64,000 bases of DNA from Candidatus Binatia bacterium (GTDB lineage Bacteria > Desulfobacterota > Binatia > UBA9968 > CAXXLF01): assembly GCA_963664015.2 (NCBI GenBank), contig CAXXLF010000002.1, positions 1,888,001 to 1,952,000 on the forward strand, written 5' to 3'. The notes beneath the pieces are model-generated. The model did not search any database. It had not been told where the DNA came from and was given only the letters and a program-made list of their open reading frames with translations. Every line of letters starts with the position of its first letter. The stretch's first letter is position 1. The translations under genes and the position numbers were made by a program. This document shows, in pieces, positions 39,927-50,363 of this stretch.

Positions 39927-40046
39927 AATTTGATATTAAATCGTAATCGTTCGAGGTGTAGATTGACACTGTCACTGCCATTCGGATAATCTTGATATTT
40001 ATAAGAGGTTCTAGAATCGACCTTTCGCCTATAGGGAAAAATTTAA

Positions 40047-40880
40047 GTGCCACTCACTATCCGATTGTCTTTATTGTTTGTTTTTTCTCTAACGGTCTAC
40101 TGTGGACACTTGTCTGCACAGCCGTTGACCGCCGATGCCCCCATATTTGATGGTCCAGTCATAGAGGAACCTGCGCAGCCCCCTTTCGCCAGCCCCGAGC
40201 GCCCCTTTTTGCAGCGGCGTGAAATTAAAGAGGAGGACCTAACCGATGATCCCTCCGGGGTTTCTCCCTTGAGGACTTCTCTCCCCGGGGAGCCGGGATC
40301 GATTACTCTTGAACAGCCAAGGAGAGAGGGTGGCCAGCCCATAGAACTCAAAATTGACATTGAGCCCCGGCCCCAAGAGGGGGCCCAAGAGCGGGAAGGT
40401 TCGGAAGCCTCCGAAGTCGTGGATACGGAAGCGCCGCCGGACGCAGACGACCCCGGTTCTCTTATCGCTAAGATCAAACCCGAGACAACTCCCAGACGCG
40501 CAGCCTCATTGCGTTTGACTGAGGAAGGCCGGCAGTTGGTGGATTCGGGGGAGTATCGAAAGGCCCTCCAGCAGCTCGAAAAAACCATTGCCATCGACTC
40601 TACCAATCCCTACAGCTACTACTATCTGGGTCTGGTTCATTTTCAAATGGCCAATCACCAAGCATCGGCAAACTTTCTGGATGTCGCTGAGTCCCTTTTG
40701 AGCCGGGAGCCCTACTGGTTGGCTCGCGTCTATGTACTGAAGGGAAAGAATTTTCAGGTTCAAGGTGCTCTGGAGCAGGCGGATGCCAGCTACGCCAGTG
40801 CATTAAAATTGGATCCCAATAACCAGAGCGCCTTTGAGGCCTTGACCCAAATCAATAACGATACGGAAAAGAGCTTTTAG
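40047..40880 (+). CDS. Exported TPR protein
   Basis: Signal peptide, Pro/Glu-rich linker, about three C-terminal TPRs; TTGACA at 39963 upstream. Confidence 0.82.
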   Translation: MPLTIRLSLLFVFSLTVYCGHLSAQPLTADAPIFDGPVIEEPAQPPFASPERPFLQRREIKEEDLTDDPSGVSPLRTSLPGEPGSITLEQPRREGGQPIELKIDIEPRPQEGAQEREGSEASEVVDTEAPPDADDPGSLIAKIKPETTPRRAASLRLTEEGRQLVDSGEYRKALQQLEKTIAIDSTNPYSYYYLGLVHFQMANHQASANFLDVAESLLSREPYWLARVYVLKGKNFQVQGALEQADASYASALKLDPNNQSAFEALTQINNDTEKSF

Positions 40881-40901
40881 GAAAGTGGATCGACCTCTCT
40901 G

Positions 40902-41846
40902 CTAGCGAGAGTTTTGACTTGTCTCTAGGGTATAGTTGAAGGTGAAGCGGATACTCAACTGGTCAAGCTCGATCTGATCGGGAATGGGGTTGAAGGGAGA
41001 AGCTGCGTCGACGGCTCTGATCGCCTCACGATCAAGGTCGGAAAAACCTGAGGAGCGCAGGATCTGTACATCCTGCAGGTTGCCGTTTTTTTGGATGGTG
41101 AACTCCACATCGACTTTGCCTTGTTCTTTACCCTCAATTGCCCCCTCGGGGTATTTCCAAGCGCGGACGATACTTTCTTTTACCGTCTGCCGGTATGTTG
41201 AGTATGCTGCCGATTTCTCAGTATCTTTCGTGTCCTTCGTATCTTGGGCAGATTCCAGGTTGTCCTGCGGTTCTATGACGGGGTCTTGGGGGATGGCCGC
41301 TGTCTCGTCGGTTCCCTTATTCGCTTCCTGCCCTTTGACCCGGTTACGGATTCGATCAATGGCGTTATTGATGAGCTTCCCTCGGGTTTGGGGCGGGAGT
41401 CCAGGTTCAGGTGCTGGTGCTGCAGCGTCGACCGGTTCTGGAGGGGGCGGTGGCTCCACGGTGCTCGGCCGCTGGTCTGAGAGGGCGGCGAGCTTTTTTT
41501 GCGTGGCTTGGACGCCCAGCCGATGGTTAATATCCTGATAAATCTTTAAGGCTTGGGTGTAACGATTGCGCGCCTCACGGGTATTTTTCTGGAGGCGGTG
41601 GACTTCGGCCATATTGTCGAGCGTGAGGGCCTGTATCAAAGAATCATCATTCTCCCGAGCCAGTTCCAGCGCCTCTTCGAGCTTTTCCAGGGCTTCAGGG
41701 TAGCTGCCCCTTCTGGCTGCAGCGCGGGCCTCGGTAAGCAGCTTGGCAGGGCCGTCGTCTTCGACAGCAAGGCCTGCGGTAGTCAGGAGCACAGTCACAA
41801 AAAACAGAAAGACTGGAGCAGTTCGCAGCGGTGACATGCCAAACAT
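40902..41846 (-). CDS. TPR + TonB C-terminal domain protein
   Basis: Signal peptide, TPR (ALTLDNMAEVH), Pro-rich linker, WKYP..G.V.VEFTI, SSG..LDREA. Confidence 0.85.
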   Translation of the reverse strand: MFGMSPLRTAPVFLFFVTVLLTTAGLAVEDDGPAKLLTEARAAARRGSYPEALEKLEEALELARENDDSLIQALTLDNMAEVHRLQKNTREARNRYTQALKIYQDINHRLGVQATQKKLAALSDQRPSTVEPPPPPEPVDAAAPAPEPGLPPQTRGKLINNAIDRIRNRVKGQEANKGTDETAAIPQDPVIEPQDNLESAQDTKDTKDTEKSAAYSTYRQTVKESIVRAWKYPEGAIEGKEQGKVDVEFTIQKNGNLQDVQILRSSGFSDLDREAIRAVDAASPFNPIPDQIELDQLSIRFTFNYTLETSQNSR

Positions 41847-42063
41847 AATTCAATCTGAATCGTGTTTTGTTAGAAGAAGCGTCTAAGGTTTATTCAAAAC
41901 CGACTGTCCCTTAAGATGCAAAGAAATTTAACATACTCCTATAATTTCAATAGGTCCAACGGATAAACAGTGCAAGGCAAGGTCCCGAGGCATTGGAGAA
42001 TGGATGACTGGAGTTTCAGGGTGAAATGACATTCACCAGAGGAAGGGGGCAGCTTGGGGTACC

Positions 42064-43451
42064 ATGCAAATCGATAGCCAAAAGGTGGAACACTATAGTT
42101 CCCGCTGGACCTTGCTCCTCTCCATGGTGGGCCTAGCGGTTGGCACCGGTAATATCTGGCGCTTTCCCCGGATTGCGGCCAAATACGAAGGGGGAGCCTT
42201 TCTGATCCCCTGGCTAGTTTTTCTCTTCCTCTGGTCCATCCCTATCATCCTAATGGAATACTCCATGGGGGGGAAAGCACGCAAGGGAGTGATCGGTTCG
42301 TTCGGTAAGCTCATCGGCCCTCAGTTCGCTTGGATGGGGGCCTTCGTCGGGTTCGTGTCGACGGCGACACGGGCACAAGGACTATCGAACGATTTTATCC
42401 AAGGTTATCAGCCAGTGCTATTTCATCTCCTGTCCATGAGCATAGGGACCTGAATTCTGTATCGGGGCGTTGTTAAGGGTATTGAAAGGGCTAATCGCCT
42501 TCTTGTTCCGACACTGTTAGTCCTGTTACTGATCCTGCTCGTCCGCGCCGTGACGCTGCCGGGGGCCCACCAGGGGATCGAGACCTTCTTCACGATCCGC
42601 TGGGAGCTGCTGCTCGATTACCGAAGTTGGTTGGACGCCTTGACCCAGAACGCCTGGAGCACGGGAGCGGGCTGGGGACTCATTTTGATCTACGTGGTCT
42701 ACATGGGGAGACGGGAGGATACGGTACTCAATTCGATCATTACCGCCTTCGCCAATCACTCCATTTCCCTCATCTTCGGAATTCTCGTCTTTGCCACGGT
42801 TTATGCCCTAATTCCGCTCCAGGCCCGTGAGGTGATGACGGAGCCAGGCCCCATGAACACAGGACTGGCCTTCATCTAGATTCCACAGCTCTTCACTCGG
42901 CTCCCCGCTGTATCGCTGTTCTCAGTCTTGTTTTTCTTTGCCTTGCTTCTTGCCTCCATGAGTTCTCTGATTGCTATGATCGAGCTTGCGGTGCGGTTGC
43001 TCAATGACGCTGGAGTGAAGCGTGAACGGGCCATTATCCTGGTTGGAGCTGTGGGCTTTGCCATGGGTGTTCCTCTGCGCTGAACGCATCGTTTTTTTTG
43101 CATCAGGATTGGGTTTGGGGTGTCGGCCTCGTGATCAGTGGTGCCTTTTCCACCTTCGCGGTCTTACGCTTCGGGGTGGGACGGTTTCGGGAGGCTTACG
43201 TTAACTCGGAGGACAGTGATTTGGTCGTGGGACGGTGGTATGTACCGCTGGTCAAATACCTGATCCCCATGGAGATCGTCGCCCTCATCGGTTGGTGGTT
43301 TTGGGCGGTGATTCTAGCCGACCCCGATGGCTGGTGGAAGCCCTTCCATGTCGAGTCCGTCGGCACCTGTTTGTTCCAATGGGGTACGGTGCTATTAGTC
43401 TTAATTGTCCTGAATCGCGGGATCGCTCGCAAGACCTTGGGGGAACTATGA
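42064..43451 (+). pseudogene. Sodium-dependent NSS-family amino acid transporter, broken
   Basis: AVGTGNIWRFP; apparent internal deletion near 42365; stops at 42451 (TGA) and 42877 (TAG); frameshift at ~43073. Confidence 0.88.
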
Positions 43452-43561
43452 GTACGGAGAGCCTGGTTACGATGTTCCTCGTGTTGGCCCTCGTTTGGGG
43501 AGGTCTTAGCGTGCTGCTTGTTTTGGCGCTTCGGCGAAAACGGCAAAAATCGGGAGATTAG
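43448..43561 (+). CDS. MetS-like NSS transporter small subunit (37 aa)
   Basis: MSTESLVTMFLVLALVWGGLSVLLVLALRRK; the VWGG motif; ATGA overlap with the transporter stop. Confidence 0.75.
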   Translation: MSTESLVTMFLVLALVWGGLSVLLVLALRRKRQKSGD

Positions 43562-43586
43562 AGGGAAGGGACAGTGCTCGATTGGA

Positions 43587-44405
43587 TTACGAATCTCCTT
43601 TTCCCAGCGCCCTGGACCGCTCCGTTGCCTGGGTGATGGCTTCCATCACGATTCCTTTCAAGCATCCCTTTTCGAGGGCGTAGAGACCCGCAATGGTGGT
43701 TCCACCGGGAGAGGTGATTTCATCCCGTAATTGGGCCAAGTGACTCTTTCGCTCCCGCGCCAGCTTGGCCGAACCATACACCGTCTGAAGGGCCAACTGA
43801 AGCGCGACTTCGCGGCTGAGACCCACCTGGACGCCACCGTCGGCTAGCGATTCGATGAACAGGAGTACATAGGCAGGACCGCTCCCACTCAAAGCAGTCA
43901 CAGCGTCCAGATGCTTTTCCTCCAAGACTAGGGCGCTTCCGACACTTTCGAGAATGCCACGGACACGTTCTTGATCCTTAGGTGTGGCATGGGTTCCCAA
44001 CGCGTATGCGGACGCGGCTTCACCCACGACACAGGGGGTGTTGGTCATGACCCGGACCACATGGGCACTTTTCTCTAGATCGTTTTCAATCTTGCTGATG
44101 GGGACTCCAGCGGCAACGGAGATCAAGAGCTTGGATTTGCCTAGATGCTTTGTCACTCCCTTCAGGACCGAAGGGACCAGAGCGGGTTTAACCGCGAGAA
44201 TCACAATATCCGCAAAGTCGCACGCCTCTGAGTTTTCGGAAGTGACCGCGATGCCAATCTCCTGTGCCAGGCTTTCCCGTGCCGTTGCTCGGGGCGCGCT
44301 GGCCATGATTTGATCCTTTTTCACAACGGCCGCGTTCAGCATCCCACGTATCAGGGCCGTGCCTATCTTTCCCGCTCCAATTACCCCAATCTTCTCAGGT
44401 AGCAT
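43587..44405 (-). CDS. proC: Pyrroline-5-carboxylate reductase
   Basis: IGAGKIG, LAVKP, ALSGSGPAY, TSPGGTT. Confidence 0.96.
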   Translation of the reverse strand: MLPEKIGVIGAGKIGTALIRGMLNAAVVKKDQIMASAPRATARESLAQEIGIAVTSENSEACDFADIVILAVKPALVPSVLKGVTKHLGKSKLLISVAAGVPISKIENDLEKSAHVVRVMTNTPCVVGEAASAYALGTHATPKDQERVRGILESVGSALVLEEKHLDAVTALSGSGPAYVLLFIESLADGGVQVGLSREVALQLALQTVYGSAKLARERKSHLAQLRDEITSPGGTTIAGLYALEKGCLKGIVMEAITQATERSRALGKGDS

Positions 44406-44611
44406 TTATCCCTCCCTTAACGAATCAGCTTGATCGTTGGCCATGATCGGCGAGGATTCCATGAATGGATTCGAAAGGCAAGGTTGGGTTTTCTCATTCT
44501 CCGGCCAATTGCAAACCTTGCTTACGCGGGATCATTTCAATAGTATTGGTGTTGGACATTCCCAGGCTAGCTAAATAGCTAGCTGGATAGCTGGGTATAG
44601 GCGGAGGCCCT

Positions 44612-45154
44612 ATGAGCGATAGCGGTAGCGACGGCGAGTTCGTATTGAAAGAAGGTCCCAAGGAATTGATCCGGGTCTGGCGAAAGATCATGCTGGAGCC
44701 CCGGGAATTCTATCGCAACTTTCCGTCCCACGGGGGGTTCGAAAATCCTCTGGTGTTTTTGGGCCTATGCGCTGCCCTTTACTTTGGACTGAAAGTCATT
44801 GTGGTTGGCCTGGCGGGAGCCATCAATGCGCTCTTCCTGGTAAGTCTAGCCTATATTTTTGGGCCGGGCATTCTGATGTTGACCTGCCAGTATCTCTTCG
44901 AGGGGGAAGGGGACTATGAGGGAACCTTGAGGGTTTGCGCCTATGGGGGCGCCACTCTGGTGCTTGCGTGGATACCTACGGTAGGTATTTTCGGCTACCT
45001 TTATAGTTTCTATCTAATATTCCTTGGCACGCAGCGAGTGCACCACTTGGATCCAACCAAGTCCGCCATTGCAACACTCTCGGCGATACTGGTCACTACG
45101 GCAATCGTATTCTTTGTACTGGGAGAAGGAAGGATTCGCCACCCTCTTCTCTAG
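44612..45154 (+). CDS. YIP1-family membrane protein
   Basis: About five TM segments; P..FY, G.G.YEGTLRVCAY. Confidence 0.75.
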   Translation: MSDSGSDGEFVLKEGPKELIRVWRKIMLEPREFYRNFPSHGGFENPLVFLGLCAALYFGLKVIVVGLAGAINALFLVSLAYIFGPGILMLTCQYLFEGEGDYEGTLRVCAYGGATLVLAWIPTVGIFGYLYSFYLIFLGTQRVHHLDPTKSAIATLSAILVTTAIVFFVLGEGRIRHPLL

Positions 45155-45197
45155 AGCCCATTCAGCTCTTTGGGGGGGGATAATGGGGCCTGACCGG

Positions 45198-45635
45198 TCA
45201 AGTGCTCTCGTCTTCCACGTCCGTTGCTGCGAGCCGCCGGTAGGTTCTTTCCTCGTCGGGTTTTCTAAGGAGCTTGGATTCCTTTTCCGTTTCTTCTTGG
45301 CATCGGACACAGAGACGAGTGAATGGAAGCACTTTGAGCCGTTCGATGCCAATTTCACCCTCGCAGTTGTCGCCTTCGCATTCACAGATCCCGTAGCTCT
45401 TATCCTCGATCCTTTGTAAGGCATCGTCGATGGCGACCAGTTTATCTCTGTCCCGATCATTGAGGATCATACTGATTTCACGATCCCTCTCGTCGCTGGC
45501 CAGGTCGTAGGTGTCCCGGCCTTCGTCCTTCAACCCCTCGCTTTCCTCTTTAAAGCCTATCCGGATTTCTCGGAGAAGCTGCTTCTTCATCTCGGTTAGC
45601 GATTCTTTTGTCTTCTTGAGAAAATCTTTTCTCAT
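45198..45635 (-). CDS. dksA: DksA/TraR C4-type zinc finger protein
   Basis: DTYDLAS coiled-coil tip, ALQRI..YGIC, ERL..LP.TRLCVRC. Confidence 0.88.
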   Translation of the reverse strand: MRKDFLKKTKESLTEMKKQLLREIRIGFKEESEGLKDEGRDTYDLASDERDREISMILNDRDRDKLVAIDDALQRIEDKSYGICECEGDNCEGEIGIERLKVLPFTRLCVRCQEETEKESKLLRKPDEERTYRRLAATDVEDEST

Positions 45636-45700
45636 GATTTAGAACTCTCCAAGAAAAAAATTGTTCAATCCCATAGTATCTCAGGTTCTATGGGTCCGAG

Positions 45701-46396
45701 TCAAGGCTTTCCTAACTCCACGGTGTCCACATCGCTGGGAACCTGGAGTCGAAACAAAGATTCCTTTAAACCCACGTCCCTCCGCATTTTTTCAAATATA
45801 ACCGTGGTGATGTTCCCCACGGCATCCTCGATCCGGGCCCACCGGATATCCAGCGCACCCTTGTCCATCCCAAGGGACAGCCCGCCGAGGTCCCCCAGAT
45901 CAACCTTGGGGGTGAGTCGAAGGATGTACAGGGCCCCTTCGGAATTGATTAGTTTACCTTTAAAATCCCTTTTCAAATCGCCGATTCCAAGGAGGAAGGC
46001 AAGGGGGGAATTCGAAAGGAACGCCTTGCTCAGCTGGGTTTTTAGGACCTGTTTCTGATCCGGCTGATAAAAATAGAGAAATTTGCCGTCCGCAAGGACC
46101 ACTTGTCCTTCCGGGTTATCGTAACGCCATAGCATTCTGCCCGGTTTCTTGAAGTAGACCCGTCCTGCCGCCTGAATTTTCCGGTTGAGCGTTTTTATCT
46201 CGGTTTCCTGCGTAAAATTAGCCTCGAAATCAGGGGTTGCCTCGTATCTCTTCTGGAGGCCGACAAGAACAGCCTCAGCGTTATTTTCGCCTTCCCCTCC
46301 ACTGGCCGGTGTTGGCGGGGCATAGGCAATATAGGCCAAAATAAACACAAAAACGGCGAAGGTTACAGTTTCTCTACTTTTCAATTTTCTGTGCAT
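45701..46396 (-). CDS. lolA: Outer-membrane lipoprotein carrier protein
   Basis: ANFTQ, FKKPGRMLWRY, ADGK; lies downstream of ftsK. Confidence 0.88.
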   Translation of the reverse strand: MHRKLKSRETVTFAVFVFILAYIAYAPPTPASGGEGENNAEAVLVGLQKRYEATPDFEANFTQETEIKTLNRKIQAAGRVYFKKPGRMLWRYDNPEGQVVLADGKFLYFYQPDQKQVLKTQLSKAFLSNSPLAFLLGIGDLKRDFKGKLINSEGALYILRLTPKVDLGDLGGLSLGMDKGALDIRWARIEDAVGNITTVIFEKMRRDVGLKESLFRLQVPSDVDTVELGKP

Positions 46397-48659
46397 GGAC
46401 CTCTCTCGGCTTGACTCCGTCCGCCGGGCCTATCACGCCGTCCTTTTCCATTTGCTCGATTATTCGGGCCGCCCGATTGTACCCTACCCGTAGTCTCCTC
46501 TGAATCATGGAGATTGAGGCTTGTTGGGACTCGCAGACCAGCTCCACGGCGGTATCGTACATCTCATCGTAGTTTTCCTCTCCATTGGCTGCCTCGGTGT
46601 CATTTTTGGCTTCGAGGATCTCCTTGCGGTACCGAGGCTGGGCTTGATGTTTGATGAATTGGACGACCTTTCCAATCTCCCGATCGGAGACATAGGCACC
46701 ATGAATTCGAATCGGCCGGGCTACACCGGGAGGGAGGAGCAGCATATCTCCGCCCCCAAGAAGCCGCTCGGCACCGATGCTGTCCAGGATGGTGCGCGAG
46801 TCGACGCGAGAGGTTGTCTGAAAAGAGATACGAGCGGGGAAATTGGCTTTGATCAAGCCCGTAATGACGTCGACCGATGGCCGCTGCGTTGCCAGGATCA
46901 TGTGAATGCCGGCGGCCCGGGCCTTCTGGGCCAGACGGGTGATATGCTCTTCAACGTCCCTTCCCCCGGTCATCATCAAGTCAGCCAGTTCGTCAGCGAC
47001 GATCACGATCCGAGGTAGCCGTTCGTGAACCAAGGGGGCTTGCTCTTCCAAGTTGCCGCCGGGCGTTTCCTCCTCCTTCTTGTCTTCGTCCTCTTCGACG
47101 TCTTCTAGTTCTATGAAATTTTCTTTGGCGGATTCCCGCGCGAGAATACGGTTGTATTGTTCGAGGTCTCTAGCCCCCTTGTCGCGTAAGAGTCGATAGC
47201 GCCGATCCATCTCCTGGATGGCCCAAAACAGTGCCGCTGTAGCCTTTTTAGGGTCGACCAGCACGGGAACGAGCAAGTGGGGGAGACCATCATAAATTGA
47301 GAGTTCCAGCATCTTTGGATCGATCATGATGAACTGGACGTCTTGAGGGGTTGCTTTGTAAAGGACACTGAGGATCATGGCATTGATGGCTACTGATTTC
47401 CCGGATCCGGTAGCCCCGGCGACCAGGAGGTGGGGCATGCGCGCGAGGTCGGTTACGAAGGGAGAGCCGGCGGTGTCTTTGCCGATTGCCAGTGTCAGCT
47501 TTGACTCGGCGTTTCTATAGCTTTTATCGTCGAGCAGCTGCTTGAGGAACACCTTCTCCCGCTTGGGGTTGGGGATTTCTATCCCCACCACGGACTCGCC
47601 GGGTATGGGGGCAAGGATCCGAACGCTCATCGCCCGCAGCACCATGGAGAGGTCATCGGCCAGTGTTACGATGCGCCTGACCTTGACCGAGGGTGCGGGT
47701 TTGAACTCGTACATGGTAATGACCGGACCGGGGCGTACCGCAACAACTTCGCCTTCCACTCCGAAATCTGTCAGTTTTTTTTGTAGGATTAGCGAGTTTG
47801 ATTCCAGGGTCTCCCGATCGACCTTGACTTGCCTACCGTCAGGAATGTCTAGAAATCCCAACGAGGGCAGTGTGTACCCCTGCGTTAATTCGGGAAGCTC
47901 GAACTGCTCTTGTACTTTGGGGGGTCTCTTCTTCGCTTTTCCAGGAGGCTCTTCAACTTCGGGTTCATTTTTGACAAGGATCGGTGGAAATTTGAATTCC
48001 TGCCGTTCCTTCTTCTTGTTTTCTGTGTTCTGTTTTTCTCTTCGGTCGCGTAGAATTTGGGCTGCCCTTTGGACTAACGTTTGGATCCCTTGACATGTCA
48101 TCCCGATACCGTCACGGATCTTTTCTACGGTTGTTTCCAGGGCATTGACCAGGGAGATCTGTGATGCCAACATCCCCGCCAGTAGTAGTAAAGAAGCGGC
48201 AATCAAATACGTGCCACCTTGGCCGAATAGGGAATTCAAGATTTGCTGGGAGAAACCGCCCACAATGCCCCCTGCGTCACTGGCGACGTCTGCCTTGCGA
48301 AACAGGCTCAAAAAGATCGCACCGCTCCAAAGCAGAAATCCATAGCCGACGAACTTGGAAAACCGCAGCCCGCCCCGGCTCTCTCGAAAGATTTGAAACG
48401 AGCCCAGAATAAGGAACGGCGGTAGGAGATAGGAGGCCAGTCCGAATCCCTGAAGTAACAAATCCGCCAGATAGGCCCCAACGACACCGCCCCAATTGGC
48501 CGTGCGCACGACGCCTGAGGGGGTGTTGAAGGACCGGTCGCCTGCATTATAAGAGATCAGACTCAGGATAAGCAGGAGAGCGAGGACTCCAATGACCACT
48601 CCCCAGATTTCTCGAATCAGCCTGGATCCGTCTCCCATATGACTTTCTCTTGCTGCCAT
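46374..48659 (-). CDS. ftsK: DNA translocase FtsK
   Basis: N-terminal 4TM domain, PHLLVAGATGSGKS, DELADLM, ATQRPSVDVITG, gamma domain QRRLRVGYNRAARI. Confidence 0.97.
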   Translation of the reverse strand: MAARESHMGDGSRLIREIWGVVIGVLALLLILSLISYNAGDRSFNTPSGVVRTANWGGVVGAYLADLLLQGFGLASYLLPPFLILGSFQIFRESRGGLRFSKFVGYGFLLWSGAIFLSLFRKADVASDAGGIVGGFSQQILNSLFGQGGTYLIAASLLLLAGMLASQISLVNALETTVEKIRDGIGMTCQGIQTLVQRAAQILRDRREKQNTENKKKERQEFKFPPILVKNEPEVEEPPGKAKKRPPKVQEQFELPELTQGYTLPSLGFLDIPDGRQVKVDRETLESNSLILQKKLTDFGVEGEVVAVRPGPVITMYEFKPAPSVKVRRIVTLADDLSMVLRAMSVRILAPIPGESVVGIEIPNPKREKVFLKQLLDDKSYRNAESKLTLAIGKDTAGSPFVTDLARMPHLLVAGATGSGKSVAINAMILSVLYKATPQDVQFIMIDPKMLELSIYDGLPHLLVPVLVDPKKATAALFWAIQEMDRRYRLLRDKGARDLEQYNRILARESAKENFIELEDVEEDEDKKEEETPGGNLEEQAPLVHERLPRIVIVADELADLMMTGGRDVEEHITRLAQKARAAGIHMILATQRPSVDVITGLIKANFPARISFQTTSRVDSRTILDSIGAERLLGGGDMLLLPPGVARPIRIHGAYVSDREIGKVVQFIKHQAQPRYRKEILEAKNDTEAANGEENYDEMYDTAVELVCESQQASISMIQRRLRVGYNRAARIIEQMEKDGVIGPADGVKPREVHAQKIEK

Positions 48660-48700
48660 CGGCAATTAGGAGCAGCACGACCAAAGGGCGTGCCCCTCGC

Positions 48701-50356
48701 TTACATCTCCATGATCAGTGGAACGACCATCGGTCGTCGACGTATAGTTTTATTAAAATAACGGCGTAGCACTTTTCGCACCTTTTCCTTGAGTTTGGTC
48801 GGATCGGTTCGGGTCTCCTGGCTCAGACCGTTAAGGGACTTTCGCACGAGGAACTTGGCCTGTTCCATGATTTCGTCCCCTTCCTCGGCCCGTATGAATC
48901 CACGGGAGATCAGATCGGGCCCTGCCACCAGTTCTCCGGTTTGTTGATGAATCGCCATAACAGCAAGGACCATTCCATCCTCCGACAGGTGACGGCGATC
49001 CCGAATGACCACATCTTCCACATCACCGATTCCATTGCCGTCCACAAAGACCTTCCCCACCGGGACAGGGTCGGAGCGGTGGGCTTCATTGGGTGTTATC
49101 TCCAGCACGGAGCCGTTTTCCAGGAGGAAACAGTTGTCTTGGGGGATTCCTGTCCCCTGGGCTAGCTGTAGATGTTTGATCATTTGACGGTATTCGCCAT
49201 GAATGGGGATAAAGTATTTTGGGCGCGTTAATTGTAACATGGTTTTCAATTCGTCTTGGCTCGCGTGCCCCGAAACATGCACGTCGGAAACCGTCTCGTA
49301 ATGCACCTCAGCGCCCCGTCGGTAGAGGTGGTTGATCAGGTTTGCAATGGTCTTCTCGTTGCCAGGAATAAATTTTGCTGACAGGATGACCGTGTCCCCG
49401 GGCTCAATTTTGATCCACTTGTGATCGTCCAAGGCTACCCGGTGAAGGACCGACATTGGCTCTCCTTGACTCCCAGTGGTTAGAAAAACCACCTGGTCGG
49501 CGGGAAGGTCTTGCCACTGTTCGCTTTCGGTCATGACATCGGAGGGCAATCGGAGGCAGCCCAGATCCGAGGCGATCCGCGAGTTGTTCAGCATGCTTCG
49601 ACCGCTGAGCACGAGTGTTCGGCCGGAATCTTCGGTCACATCGGCCACCTGTTGAATGCGGGGGAAATGGGAGGAAAACGTCGCAACGAAAATTCTCCCC
49701 TTACAGCCCTCAAAGACGTCATTGAGGTTGCGCCCCACTTCCCGCTCGGAGCGCGTGTGTCCGCTGCGTTCCACATTGGTGGAGTCGGAGAGGAGCAAGA
49801 GAACCCCTTTGTCCCCATAGGCGGAAAAACTATCGAAGTCGAACTGCTCCCCCTCCATGGGGGTCTTGTCGATCTTGAAGTCACCGGTGTGAATAACCAC
49901 ACCGACGGGAGTTTCAATGGCTAGGGCAATGCATTGGAGAAGGCTATGGGTTACGGAGATTCCTTGCAGCTGAAACGGCCCCAGGTCCCACCGTTTGCCC
50001 GGAGTGATCTCACGGAACTCGGTGCTCTTTTCCAGGCCATGCTCTCGAAGTTTGTGACGTAAGAGGGCCAGGGTGAGACGGGTACCGTATATGGGGACCG
50101 GAAGCTGGCTTAACAAGTAGGGCAGGGCGCCGAAGTGATCTTCGTGGGCATGGGTTAAGACAATGCCCTTAAGCTCTTTTTTTCTTTCCGTCAGGTAGCT
50201 TATGTCGGGAATCACGAGGTCAATGCCCAGGAGATCCGTGCCGGGGAACATCAGGCCGCAGTCGATGGCGATGACGGCCTCCCCGTACTCCAGAAGCATC
50301 ATGTTGTTGCCAAACTCACCTAGCCCTCCCATAGGGATGATTCTCAGTGGATCCAC
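48701..50356 (-). CDS. rnj: Ribonuclease J
   Basis: GGLGEFGNNM, HAHEDH, HTGDFK, SDSTN, HVSGHA, PIHGE. Confidence 0.96.
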   Translation of the reverse strand: MDPLRIIPMGGLGEFGNNMMLLEYGEAVIAIDCGLMFPGTDLLGIDLVIPDISYLTERKKELKGIVLTHAHEDHFGALPYLLSQLPVPIYGTRLTLALLRHKLREHGLEKSTEFREITPGKRWDLGPFQLQGISVTHSLLQCIALAIETPVGVVIHTGDFKIDKTPMEGEQFDFDSFSAYGDKGVLLLLSDSTNVERSGHTRSEREVGRNLNDVFEGCKGRIFVATFSSHFPRIQQVADVTEDSGRTLVLSGRSMLNNSRIASDLGCLRLPSDVMTESEQWQDLPADQVVFLTTGSQGEPMSVLHRVALDDHKWIKIEPGDTVILSAKFIPGNEKTIANLINHLYRRGAEVHYETVSDVHVSGHASQDELKTMLQLTRPKYFIPIHGEYRQMIKHLQLAQGTGIPQDNCFLLENGSVLEITPNEAHRSDPVPVGKVFVDGNGIGDVEDVVIRDRRHLSEDGMVLAVMAIHQQTGELVAGPDLISRGFIRAEEGDEIMEQAKFLVRKSLNGLSQETRTDPTKLKEKVRKVLRRYFNKTIRRRPMVVPLIMEM

Positions 50357-50363
50357 GGGTGCT

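Noticed and set aside
28687-42879. Recurrent in-frame TAG codons as amber recoding
   Set aside because: Many normal genes here end in TAG, most affected genes carry other lesions, and TAA and TGA nonsense codons also occur
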